Assembly (NCBI GenBank): GCA_001275005.1
Contig: JWZX01002205.1
Location: 1-33,912 of the forward strand
DNA from: Chrysochromulina tobinii
Lineage: Eukaryota
Direction: 5' to 3'
DNA length: 33,912 bases
The stretch's first letter is position 1. Each line of letters starts with the position of its first letter. Made by a program: the position numbers and the translations under genes. Of this stretch, positions 19,020 through 28,301 are shown in pieces. The notes beneath the pieces were generated by a model that was given only the letters and a program-made list of their open reading frames with translations, had not been told where the DNA came from and searched no databases.

Positions 19020-19628
19020 CTATCGCGGCAGCGCGGCACGAAACCGCACGGTGCCGATGGCGACCGGTGCACCGAGCTCGTATCGCGCGCTGTCCACCAG
19101 CGGACCCTCGAACGAGGCGCCTGTTGCCGACGCGGGCGGGCTCGGCGCGGCGCGCTTTTTGCCAGCGGCGCCAATCTGCGTAGCCTCGAAGACGCCCACC
19201 TGGATCAGGCTTTCGCGATCATTCGTGGGGAAGGTGAAGTGGATACGCTTCATGCCAGTCTCGTCCTGCAGCCAGCCAATAAACTTCCCGACGATGGCGG
19301 TGCTCGAGCTGCGCAGCACGAGCTGCTCGTTCACCTCCGTGCCGTCTATGGTGCAGCGCACGACCCGCAACGCGCCCGCACGCGGCGCGTGCTCGCGGAG
19401 TTTGATCTCGACCTCGTAGGCTGCACCCGGTGGTGCGACCACGCAGCCATCGACCATGTCGTAGGTAGGCGAGCGGAAGGAGAGCATCCGCCGCAGCATG
19501 TCGGTCGGCGAAGAGGCATTTCCGCATGCGAGCAGCGCGATGGTGACGTCTCCGGTGGCGAGCGAGCCGGCGCCACTGGTGCGCGCCCAGGGCAAGGCAA
19601 GGGGCTGGGAGGCCTTGGGCAAGGACAT
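19020..19628 (-). CDS. Hypothetical 202-aa protein, beta-rich
   Basis: ATG-initiated ORF with globular-looking composition (YEVEIKL, RCTIDG, KFIGW, IQVGVFEA), divergent from the MAPK gene. Confidence 0.55.
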   Translation of the reverse strand: MSLPKASQPLALPWARTSGAGSLATGDVTIALLACGNASSPTDMLRRMLSFRSPTYDMVDGCVVAPPGAAYEVEIKLREHAPRAGALRVVRCTIDGTEVNEQLVLRSSSTAIVGKFIGWLQDETGMKRIHFTFPTNDRESLIQVGVFEATQIGAAGKKRAAPSPPASATGASFEGPLVDSARYELGAPVAIGTVRFRAALPR

Positions 19629-19754
19629 GGCTCGGGCGGACCCAACTTCTTCTGATGAGCTTTTCCATCAGCTCCTTTGCACAGGCAACCGCAAGCTCAA
19701 GCAACCGCAGCCTCGGCCGCCCACTCCCGTCTCCCTCGCCGCTCCAATCCCACC

Positions 19755-20917
19755 ATGACAACCTCGGGCACAGTATCGTGCACCGTGCGTGGCACTGACT
19801 TCACCGTCGACAAGCGCTACGCCGTCCAGAAGTTCGTCGGCTGCGGTTCGTACGGCGTAGTGTGCGCCGCGGTCGACACGCGCGACCCCGCTCGCAGCCT
19901 CGTCGCGATCAAGAAGATTGGCAACGTCTTTAAGAACGAGACCACGGCAAAGCGAACGCTGCGCGAAATCAAGCTGCTGCTGCACTTCGATCATGAGAAC
20001 GTGATCTCCATCCGTGACCTCATGTGCGGCTCGGCCGACTGCTCCGACCTGTACGTCGTCACGCACCTGATGGACACCGACCTGCACAAGGTGATCCGCT
20101 CGCCGCAGCCCCTGTCCGACCAGCACGTGCAGTACTTTCTGTACCAGGTGCTCCGCGGTCTCAAGTACATCCACTCGTGCAATGTGCTGCACCGCGACCT
20201 GAAGCCGTCCAACCTTCTCGTCAACGAGAACTGCGACCTGAAGATCACCGACTTTGGGCTGTCGCGCGGCGTCAACCCGTCGGACTGCCTTGACTTCTTG
20301 ACCGAGTACGTCGTGACACGCTGGTACCGCGCGCCCGAGATCGTGCTCTCCTCCGACACGTACACCAAGGCGGTCGACATGTGGAGCGTTGGTTGCATCT
20401 TTGCAGAGCTGCTCGGTCGCAAGCCACTCTTCCCCGGATCCGACCACGTCAACCAGCTGCAGACGATCCTCGACGTGCTCGGCACGCCGAACGTCGAGAG
20501 CGAGCTGCGCCACGTGCCCGAGAAGGCGCGCCGCTACATCGCCGGCCTGCCACCCTCGCCAGGTAAGCCACTGCGCCATATCTATGCGGAAGCTTCCGAG
20601 CAGTCGCTCGAGCTGCTCGCGGGTATGCTCTGCTGGGATCCGTCGCAGAGGTGCACGGTGGCGCAGGCGCTCGCGCACCCCTACCTTGCGGCATTCCACA
20701 ACCCCGACGCCGAGCCCGTCGCGCTGCACCCCTTTGACTTCGACAGCAGCCATGTACGCGATGCTCAGGATGCCCTGTTCAGTGAGGTGGTGCGCTTCCG
20801 GCCGGAGCTCGAGCCTCAGAGGCTTCCGAGGGACGTGGCCATGGCGCAGAAGGCGAAGCGTTCGCGCCAGCCCTCGAGCGAGAACAGCAGCAGCCTCCCA
20901 CAGCAGCTGCCAAAGAT

Positions 20918-20983
<66 letters not shown>

Positions 20984-21239
20984 CAATTCGGTACGCGGCA
21001 CCGGTGGGATTGGGTACGCGGGCGCCGTGGGAGGGTACGCGGGCGCCGTGGGAGGGTACGCGGGCGCCGTGGGCGGGTTCGCGCCCGCGGCGGCATCTCG
21101 TCTCGGCACAGCGCCCCCCGTTGCGGGCGAGTACCAACGGTATGGCGAGACTCGCAATGTGATGAGCAGTCGGCATAGCGCGTTGCCAAGCCGAGCAGTT
21201 GCGCCCGGCAGGCCTCAGCGTGTGGGCCAGCCAGCGTGA
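19755..21239 (+). CDS. MAP kinase (TEY activation loop) with low-complexity tail
   Basis: GCGSYGVV, VAIKK, HRDLKPSN, DFG and LTEYVVTRWYRAPE motifs; CD-like region HPYLAAFHNPDAEP. Intronless. Confidence 0.95.
20919..20981 (+). repeat. Pure (CAG)21 coding microsatellite (polyQ)
   Basis: 63 nt of uninterrupted CAG in the MAPK frame. Confidence 0.97.
21012..21074 (+). repeat. 21-bp coding repeat x3 (GYAGAVG)
   Basis: GGGTACGCGGGCGCCGTGGG(A/C) three times. Confidence 0.95.
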
Positions 21240-22061
21240 CGCACCCGAGCCGCCACGGTGCAGTCGGGCGCCGTTGCCAGATGATGATGATGATGATAAT
21301 GGAGCCTGCGGTGATGGGATGAAGCCGGCGTCGGTGCGGTGACCGTTCGGCCTTGCGAGGCGTGCGCCAACCTGCACGGCGCCTGAGCTCTCTCTGGGGA
21401 GTTGGCAGCGGCGGTGGCCGTTGCGGACTCCGAGGCAGGCAAGATTCGTGCCGATGCACATGGCGTGAAGATGATCTGTGATGCGTGCCCTTGTGGAGAT
21501 GGATGCTGCACATTCAGCCAATGTCCGCTTTGTGACGAAGGATGATGGTTTTGTTGTTTGTTGAGATACGATATGAGAATCTGATGCGTGTGCGAGCGAG
21601 TGTATGATGCATGGTGTGGTGGTTGCGCAGTCTGTGCACTGTGGCGTGTCGATGTGGAGCTGTGGCGTGTGGGCGAGTGTCAGTGTGCCCGCTCGTTGCG
21701 TCGTTGCATGGCGTTACGTTGGCGTGGCGGGTGGTTGCCGGGTTTTTGCCGCGCGGTCCCGGGCGCGAATCAACAATCATTTTTCATTTATATTAACGAA
21801 ATCCGGTCCGTTTTTAACGGATAACGCCGTTTAAACTTTAATATTGCACGTGGTATGAACCGCTTCGAGAGCGAGTTCCTGCCGTCGTTCGAGAACCGCA
21901 TGTGCCAGGCCCGGGGTGGGGCTGGGGGTCCATCGCGCATCGGCCCGAGGGCTAATATCCGTTATCCCGTGCGTAATGTGCGTCGAGACAAGTCGAGACC
22001 ATCTAAAGACCATCCCGGGGCTCCCGGGGCCCGCTCGCTCAAGCTCACCTTCCAACCTCTG

Positions 22062-23360
22062 TCACACAAACACCTCGTGCGCCGTGTAGATCATCCGAGG
22101 CCGCCGGCGCAACACGTCAGTGCCGAGCACAACGGCCGGCCCTGCGCTAGCACCGAGCCCATCGAGTAGCGCAAGGCCCGGCAGATCGCCGACGTACGGG
22201 CGAAGGTCGTTTCCAAAGGAGGCCGAATCGCCGAGGCTCATGGCGACCGCGCTCTGCGTGCGCGTGAGCTGCACTGGGCCGTGAAGGCCGCCGACAGTGA
22301 GAACGTCGCCTCGCGCGACAGCCTGCGCGCTCTTCACACGACTCTTCACACCAGCCGCAAAGCTCGCGAGCGGGTTGGAAGTCTCCGCCGCACCGCTGCC
22401 CTCCTCGAGACCCACGAGGGTGGCGGCCGCCTTGTTGAGCACCGTGATGGGTGAGCCCGTGTCGAGCAGCGCATTCACCACGACGCCGTTGATGCGAAGC
22501 GGCACCGTCGGCAAACAACTCCCTGCGAGCGACGTCACTTTCACTGCGCTCAGCTCGGCGCGACTCGCGGCCGTGCCGGCCGAGTCTCCAAAGAAGGTGA
22601 TTGAGGGCGGCACGCCACCGCTGCCCCACACAAACTCGACCCCGCCCGGAAAGGAGTTGAGGAAAGACACGCCCAGCAGTCCAGCTGCGGCCGGCGCGGC
22701 GATCGGCAGGGCCGATGCGGTAAGGCCCGAGATGAAGGGAATGCGCTCCTCCTTGGGCAAATCCGCTAACTCGGCGACGCCCAGGCTGTACGTGGGCGAG
22801 GTGCCACCAAAGGCACCGGCGGCGCCGACGACACCTGAGAGGCTACCAACCTGCTGCAGCTCAAGGCCGCCCTGCACCGTCGGTCCGGCTACCTGCGCGC
22901 TGATGGTGTTTGCATTCGCAGCCGTGTCGACAATAAAGTCGAGGGTCACGCCAATGACGGTCGCCTCGCCACGCAGCTGGCGCGCCTTCTGAACTGGCGA
23001 GCTCAGCATCGGAAAGGAGAGCGCTACAGCCGGGTAGACGCCACCGATCCAACGCAGCGGCGACCGCAACGCCATCGGCTCATTGTCGACGATCACATCG
23101 GCAGCGACAGGAGCGGATGTCGATGGAACCTCGGTCACAGGGTTCTCGAGCCGCAGTTGCTGCGCTTGCAACTCCGCCTGCTCGGCCTCGAGGGCGGCTC
23201 GTTGGGCCAGCAGAGCCAGTCGCTCTGCCTTGCGCCTCGCGTCACTCACTTCCGTCAAGCTAACGCGAAAAGACCTTGGTAGGGATCTCAGTTCGGTGCA
23301 CGGTACCGTTGAGGACGGAGCCCACGCGCAAACCAGGACGCCCATTACCGTGTTAAGCAT
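22062..23360 (-). CDS. Two-lobe retropepsin-like aspartic protease, possibly organelle-targeted
   Basis: FIVDTAA...GLLGVSFL and ALLDTGS...VVLGTDVL give two D-T-G/A motifs, each with a psi-loop. Hydrophobic then S/R-rich N-terminus. Confidence 0.75.
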   Translation of the reverse strand: MLNTVMGVLVCAWAPSSTVPCTELRSLPRSFRVSLTEVSDARRKAERLALLAQRAALEAEQAELQAQQLRLENPVTEVPSTSAPVAADVIVDNEPMALRSPLRWIGGVYPAVALSFPMLSSPVQKARQLRGEATVIGVTLDFIVDTAANANTISAQVAGPTVQGGLELQQVGSLSGVVGAAGAFGGTSPTYSLGVAELADLPKEERIPFISGLTASALPIAAPAAAGLLGVSFLNSFPGGVEFVWGSGGVPPSITFFGDSAGTAASRAELSAVKVTSLAGSCLPTVPLRINGVVVNALLDTGSPITVLNKAAATLVGLEEGSGAAETSNPLASFAAGVKSRVKSAQAVARGDVLTVGGLHGPVQLTRTQSAVAMSLGDSASFGNDLRPYVGDLPGLALLDGLGASAGPAVVLGTDVLRRRPRMIYTAHEVFV

Positions 23361-23560
23361 GATTTGAAGTGTTCCGTCCGCGACGATGGAGAGCGGCGCG
23401 ATGAAGAATCTCTCATCACCTCGAAAGACGAAACTTTCGTGAATGGTCTCGTTTCAAAGAGAGGACCCGGATGCGGGAACATGCGGGAAGAGCAAGCAAG
23501 CAAGAATCAAGCACTTGTGTTACATGTATTTCGACTTAAGAGCTTGCTTGCTTGGTCTCT

Positions 23561-26446
23561 TCAGACGGTGCCGAGCGTTTGGAGAATCGACGCTGCGCAC
23601 GCGGCTCCCGCCGCGCGGCTCTGCTCCGCACTCGCTCTGACGACCGGCCGAAGCTCGTACCCCGTGCCGTCGTAGTGGCCATCGCCGCTGGGAGGCGGCG
23701 CCGCGTCGGCCGCGTCGTCGTGCAGCTGGTAGTCGTCATCGGCCATGCCCGCAGCGGCTGCCGACCGGGGCGGCGCCGCGCCACGCAGAGCCTCGCCTCG
23801 CAGACCCGAGCCAGCCACAACGGACTGCTCGCAAGGGGAAGTGGCGGCGTAGAAGAGATCGAGGCGCGAGTACAGGCCGGTGGCGATCTGCTGGGTGCGG
23901 GTCTCGCTGCTGACGGCCGTGTTCATCCCGAGGGAGGAGTGCGTAGCCGCGAGCGCCGCGAGAGAGTGTGGAAGGAGGCTTCCAGCGAGCCCGTTGCGCT
24001 GCAGGCCACGCATATGCGCCGTTGTGGGCGCCATCATCGGCATCTGCTGCGCCGTGAACGAGTCGACATTGGCGACGCTCGCGAGGGCCAACTGATGTGA
24101 GGGATCAAGCAGATGCGACGAGCGCATGAGCATCTCCATCGCAGAGGCGGAGAAAGACGCGTCGATGCCGAGACCCAGAGCGGTCATCCCCATACCCGTG
24201 GAGCCAGCTGCACACGAGAACGTGCCGCCGCAGCCGGCCGTATGGCTGAAGGCGACCGAGCGCTGCTGCGGTAGATTGTGGCTGAACGCTACGGAGCGAT
24301 GCGGCAGGCTGTGCATGGCAGCAGCGCCCACGTGCGTCGCTCCGGGCGACATCGCCGATGCCATGAAGCCAGGCACCGCCGTCCCTGGCACGGCCGCCGC
24401 CGCCGCTGCCGCTGCCGCGAGGGAGGGCGGCTCGATTGCACCGAAGGCGGCGGGTAGTGGCATGAGAACGCTCTCCGCAGCCGAGGCGGGCGGGAGCGCG
24501 CTCGAAGCGGCGGCGGCCGCCTCGGCTGCGGAGGCTCTGCCGCCGCCACCGCCACCGCCACCGCCGGCGGCGCCGCCCAGACCGTCGCTAGCGTCGCCCT
24601 TACCAGCGCCGCCGGCGCCGCTTGGCTCGCTTCCCTCGACGCCCATGGAAGCGCTGAGGGCGGCCCCGCCGCCCGCACCGCCCACGCCAGCAGCGCCGCC
24701 AATGTTCTTGAGCAACCCATCGCCGCGGTCGTCGCGCCACGAGGGATGCTGCGCGCGGAAGTTGACGTATGCCTTCTCCATCTTCCCATCCCTCGACCGA
24801 AGGAAGGGAGCCCCCTCGTGCGGCGAGCCGTAGCGTGGATCGCCGTGCCGTTCGAAGTCGAAGTTGGCCAAGGAGCACACGTGGCCGACACCCTCGACGT
24901 AGACTGTGAAGGTGCGCAGGAAGTCAAGCACTGCTCCTGCGCGTGGTGGGAGGAGGAAGATCATGATGAGGGGCGCCGTCACCGCGCCCAGCACCTCGTG
25001 CAGCAGCAGCGCGAAGCGGTACGGGTACAGCGTCTTGAACTCCGAGTACACGGCGCGCGTGTGGCCTCGGCCTCGCCAGTGCTCAGGCATGTGATGCGTG
25101 TGCAGCGCGAGGGACTGGAGCAGAGCGTCGGGCTGCATGGTCACGAGGCCATACGGGGTCTCAGTACCGCCCTGCCCAAGCCCATCGAAGGTGCGCGACA
25201 CGGCAAGCACCGTCGAGAGCAGCGCGAGCCACCAGAGCACGTTGAAACCAACCTCAGGGGCGCCGGGCGGCCAACGGTAGAAGAGGAACTTTTCGTTCAT
25301 GAGGGAGAGTAGCAACAGGATGGCGGCGACGGCCGACACGATGAAGGTGATGAAGCGCGCGAAGAGGGTGGTCAGCGGCGCGGGGAACTGCCGAATGTAC
25401 GCCGACGCGTCCGCGTGGCTCGCTTGCAGCCGCGCCTCAAAGACATGCGGCAGCTCGTTGAACTCGCGCATGGTCCAGCGCGCATGCAACGAGTAGTCTC
25501 GGGAGAGCGCCGAGTTGGCAGGGCGGCGGCGGAACTCTTCGGCGTGCTTGAGGAAGAAGAAGACGAGCATGAAGAGCACGAAAAAGGGCGCGAGCGCCAG
25601 GTTCACCACGCCGCAGAGCACGAGCCGAAGCTGGAGCGCACCTACGTCTCTCGTGAACGACTTCCGGATGCGGAACTGAGCGTCGAACATGGCGTCGAGC
25701 ACGCTCACGTAGAGCGACCACTCGAGGGGCTTGGACATGCCGCTGGAGAGCAGCATCGACATGCCGAGGCACATCGAGAGCGGCTGCAGCTGCAGCAGCG
25801 GCTCGTGCGGCAGCAGCCCGTGGTTGACGAGAGCGATCAGAAAGTTGTCCTTGCGCATGATCCGACTGGCGATGTCGTGCGCGGTCAGCTCGTCCTTGAC
25901 GATGCACAGGCGCGCGGTGCGCTGCAGCTCGATGACCTTGACCACGAGCTCGTCCCACGAGATCACGTGCAGGTCCGCGTCGTCGATCTTGAGCTTGTCG
26001 CGGAAGAGCGCATGCATCTCGAGGAGTGGGCGCAGCTCGATAAGGAAGTGCACAAAGCTCCAGAGCCAGTAGAGAGTGAAGAGCAGGTAATAGTAGAGCA
26101 TCGTATAGGTGGACATGCCGCCGAAGGCGTCTGAGCGAATGATGCTGATGGTTTGGCACGTCTCTTCGCTCGTGCACTCGTGCAGGATCGCGTGCCAGTC
26201 GAGCACCTCGACGAGGAAGAAGAAGAGCAGGATGGTGAATGCCAGCGTCAGGAGGCTGATGACGCGCGAGAAGAGGATGCACCGCAAGCCGCGCTCGTAG
26301 TAGTAGGTGTACATCCGGCCGAAGAAGGCGTCGAGGTCCGATATTGCTTCCCATGTCTCCTTGGGGCCGTCGTTGAGCAGCGCGACCGGATCGATCTCGA
26401 GCAGGCGTGTTTGCTGCTGACGCTCCCGATGGTGTGGAGACTCCAT
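23561..26446 (-). CDS. ATG9: Autophagy-related protein 9 (lipid scramblase)
   Basis: DLDAFFGRMYTYY, LTAHDIASRIMRKDNFLIAL, REFNELPHVF, YIRQFP, VEGVGHVCS-x-A-x-FDFERHG and GKMEKAY motifs, followed by a long low-complexity C-tail. Intronless. Confidence 0.95.
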   Translation of the reverse strand: MESPHHRERQQQTRLLEIDPVALLNDGPKETWEAISDLDAFFGRMYTYYYERGLRCILFSRVISLLTLAFTILLFFFLVEVLDWHAILHECTSEETCQTISIIRSDAFGGMSTYTMLYYYLLFTLYWLWSFVHFLIELRPLLEMHALFRDKLKIDDADLHVISWDELVVKVIELQRTARLCIVKDELTAHDIASRIMRKDNFLIALVNHGLLPHEPLLQLQPLSMCLGMSMLLSSGMSKPLEWSLYVSVLDAMFDAQFRIRKSFTRDVGALQLRLVLCGVVNLALAPFFVLFMLVFFFLKHAEEFRRRPANSALSRDYSLHARWTMREFNELPHVFEARLQASHADASAYIRQFPAPLTTLFARFITFIVSAVAAILLLLSLMNEKFLFYRWPPGAPEVGFNVLWWLALLSTVLAVSRTFDGLGQGGTETPYGLVTMQPDALLQSLALHTHHMPEHWRGRGHTRAVYSEFKTLYPYRFALLLHEVLGAVTAPLIMIFLLPPRAGAVLDFLRTFTVYVEGVGHVCSLANFDFERHGDPRYGSPHEGAPFLRSRDGKMEKAYVNFRAQHPSWRDDRGDGLLKNIGGAAGVGGAGGGAALSASMGVEGSEPSGAGGAGKGDASDGLGGAAGGGGGGGGGRASAAEAAAAASSALPPASAAESVLMPLPAAFGAIEPPSLAAAAAAAAAVPGTAVPGFMASAMSPGATHVGAAAMHSLPHRSVAFSHNLPQQRSVAFSHTAGCGGTFSCAAGSTGMGMTALGLGIDASFSASAMEMLMRSSHLLDPSHQLALASVANVDSFTAQQMPMMAPTTAHMRGLQRNGLAGSLLPHSLAALAATHSSLGMNTAVSSETRTQQIATGLYSRLDLFYAATSPCEQSVVAGSGLRGEALRGAAPPRSAAAAGMADDDYQLHDDAADAAPPPSGDGHYDGTGYELRPVVRASAEQSRAAGAACAASILQTLGTV

Positions 26447-26816
26447 GGGCCACGCGAGGCGGGATGCACCGTGTCTCCTCTCACCAGAGCAACGTTCCCC
26501 TTCGCGTGAGTCCGTCCGCCTTCGTCGCACCGCGCACGAAGGGCCCATTACGGCGCTTTTTCCGCGGCGGGATCCGTGGCAATTTTGGCGGTGGAGCTGC
26601 TACCACTACCGTTTCGCGTCTTTCCATGAACGGAGCGGTGTCTCCAGTGGAGCTGACCGCGCTCCATTTCGAGATTCGACCCGTTCTGGGCCATGCGTTC
26701 TGACTCTCTGGGGACGTGTGTCGCCGTGTTTGGACTTTGGTGTGACGTGTGTGACTGTCCGACAAAACCATATCTGCACTCGGAGAGTCCTGGATTATAC
26801 AGTACAAAATGGGGGG

Positions 26817-27377
26817 CTAGTCGTCATCGTCGGCGTCCTTGTCCTCGCCTCGAAAGCGAGGGTTGGCCTCCTGCTTGCTGCGCTTCGAACCTGGATCTGG
26901 CCCTCGCTCGTGGCCTCCCAGCGGCCCCGCAATTCTGTGCTCCAGCGGCGCGAGAGGCGGCAACGCCGGCCAGGGCTCATAACGCTTTTGACCGCCCGAA
27001 CGCCCACGGCCGTACTGCCGGCCCTCCTCGAAGCCACCGTCAAAGTCGACTTGAATTTCGCGGCCATCGACCTCCATTCCGTTAAAGAAGCGCTTCGCGT
27101 CCTCCGTGTCTGCGCGCCGGACGTATTCAACGAAGCAGAAGCCGCATGGCGTCTTATCGTTGCGATCGAGCCCCATGATGATGCGCTTCACCTCACCCAC
27201 CCGGCCAAAGAGTGCGTGGAGCTGATACTCATTCGTATACTTGGAGAGCTTGCCAATGTACAGCGTGGTCGAGCGCTCGATTGCCACCTGCCACTGCTTC
27301 GGATCCTTCCACTGCTGCCAATGTCTTTCCTTTTGCAGCTGTTGGTCGAGGATGTCCGATCCGTACAGATGCGCCAT
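26817..27377 (-). CDS. NCBP2: Nuclear cap-binding protein subunit 2 (CBP20)
   Basis: [36 protein letters not shown] and [20 protein letters not shown] motifs. ATG at 27377. Confidence 0.95.
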   Translation of the reverse strand: MAHLYGSDILDQQLQKERHWQQWKDPKQWQVAIERSTTLYIGKLSKYTNEYQLHALFGRVGEVKRIIMGLDRNDKTPCGFCFVEYVRRADTEDAKRFFNGMEVDGREIQVDFDGGFEEGRQYGRGRSGGQKRYEPWPALPPLAPLEHRIAGPLGGHERGPDPGSKRSKQEANPRFRGEDKDADDDD

Positions 27378-28301
27378 TCTCGAGGTTTCTGAGGGTCTCC
27401 CCGCGTCGCGTGTACCTCGTGGTAGAAAGTCCCAAAGAGAGAAATCGTCAATTGGCAAGTTTTTCGCCGCACAACCCTGCCGCGACGGTATCCGGATACG
27501 TGATACATGTAAAAAGACACAGATACATGTACACAAAGCTGTGTGAAAGCGGAAAGACGGCGCCACTTTTGTGTGCGACTTGCGTGCGTATGTTCCCGAC
27601 GCTCGTTTTCTTCCGGTTTGCACGATGAAGAACCGCAGGACCATCGGGAACGCCGAACGCTCGGTGACCCGTCTCGACTGGTGCGCGCAAAGGTACGTAC
27701 TACCGTTGGCCCCGAGCGCTGACGCGCATGATCAAATCGCGCGCTTTCAGACCAGCGCCGTGATTGGCCCCAGCCCCGCAGTGCCCGCGCCAAGCAATGC
27801 ACTGGGCGCGCACGCGCGCGAGCCAACCCAGTGGCCGCACGCTGGCGATCGATATCGCGCGACTCATCGTGCGCTACCCGCCCGCCCGCCTTCCTACGCA
27901 GGGACTACATCCTGAGCCGTCTGCACTACATTGATATCACCACCTCCCTTGCAGTGGCTTTGGCCGCTGCCGTGGCTATGGCCGTTGAGTTGTCGGCCGC
28001 TGCGATCCTCACCTCCGCCGCGGCAGCCACGACTCTGGTCGGCGTCACGGTCACCAGCTCTCCGACCGTCACCAAACAAACGGCTGTCGTTTCGCTGGCC
28101 CTCGGCCGCGACCCCAACTTTCGCCTCCTGGGCTCTTGCATCGCCATCATTGCCGCGGTTGCCGTGCTCGCCGCCATCCTCTCCTGCAGCCGATGGATCT
28201 CCAAACCTGAGCGGAAATTGAAAACGGGTACCAACCGTTCCGGTGGGCTTCCGACATCGCTCCGTCCACACCCGAAACTCCCGACCACTGTTTGCCTCAC
28301 A

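Noticed and set aside
19668..21521. Long antisense/alternate-frame ORFs (e.g. 617 aa opposite MAPK; 14116-15537; 6948-8279; 4865-5911)
   Set aside because: Shadow ORFs expected from high GC3 codon use; the opposite strand carries the recognisable motifs.
22062..23360. LTR retrotransposon protease
   Set aside because: No gag, RT, RNase H, integrase or LTRs nearby; it is a two-lobe standalone gene with a leader peptide.
23561..27377. Functional cluster (ATG9 with the DRAM-like gene; CBP20 linked to the intron system)
   Set aside because: Gene adjacency in a compact eukaryotic genome is not evidence of a shared pathway.
27831..28301. N-terminal extension of the giant ORF
   Set aside because: Begins at a non-ATG codon and is low-complexity Ala/Val-rich; a better signal-peptide start exists at 28302, although the ATG near 27978 cannot be excluded.
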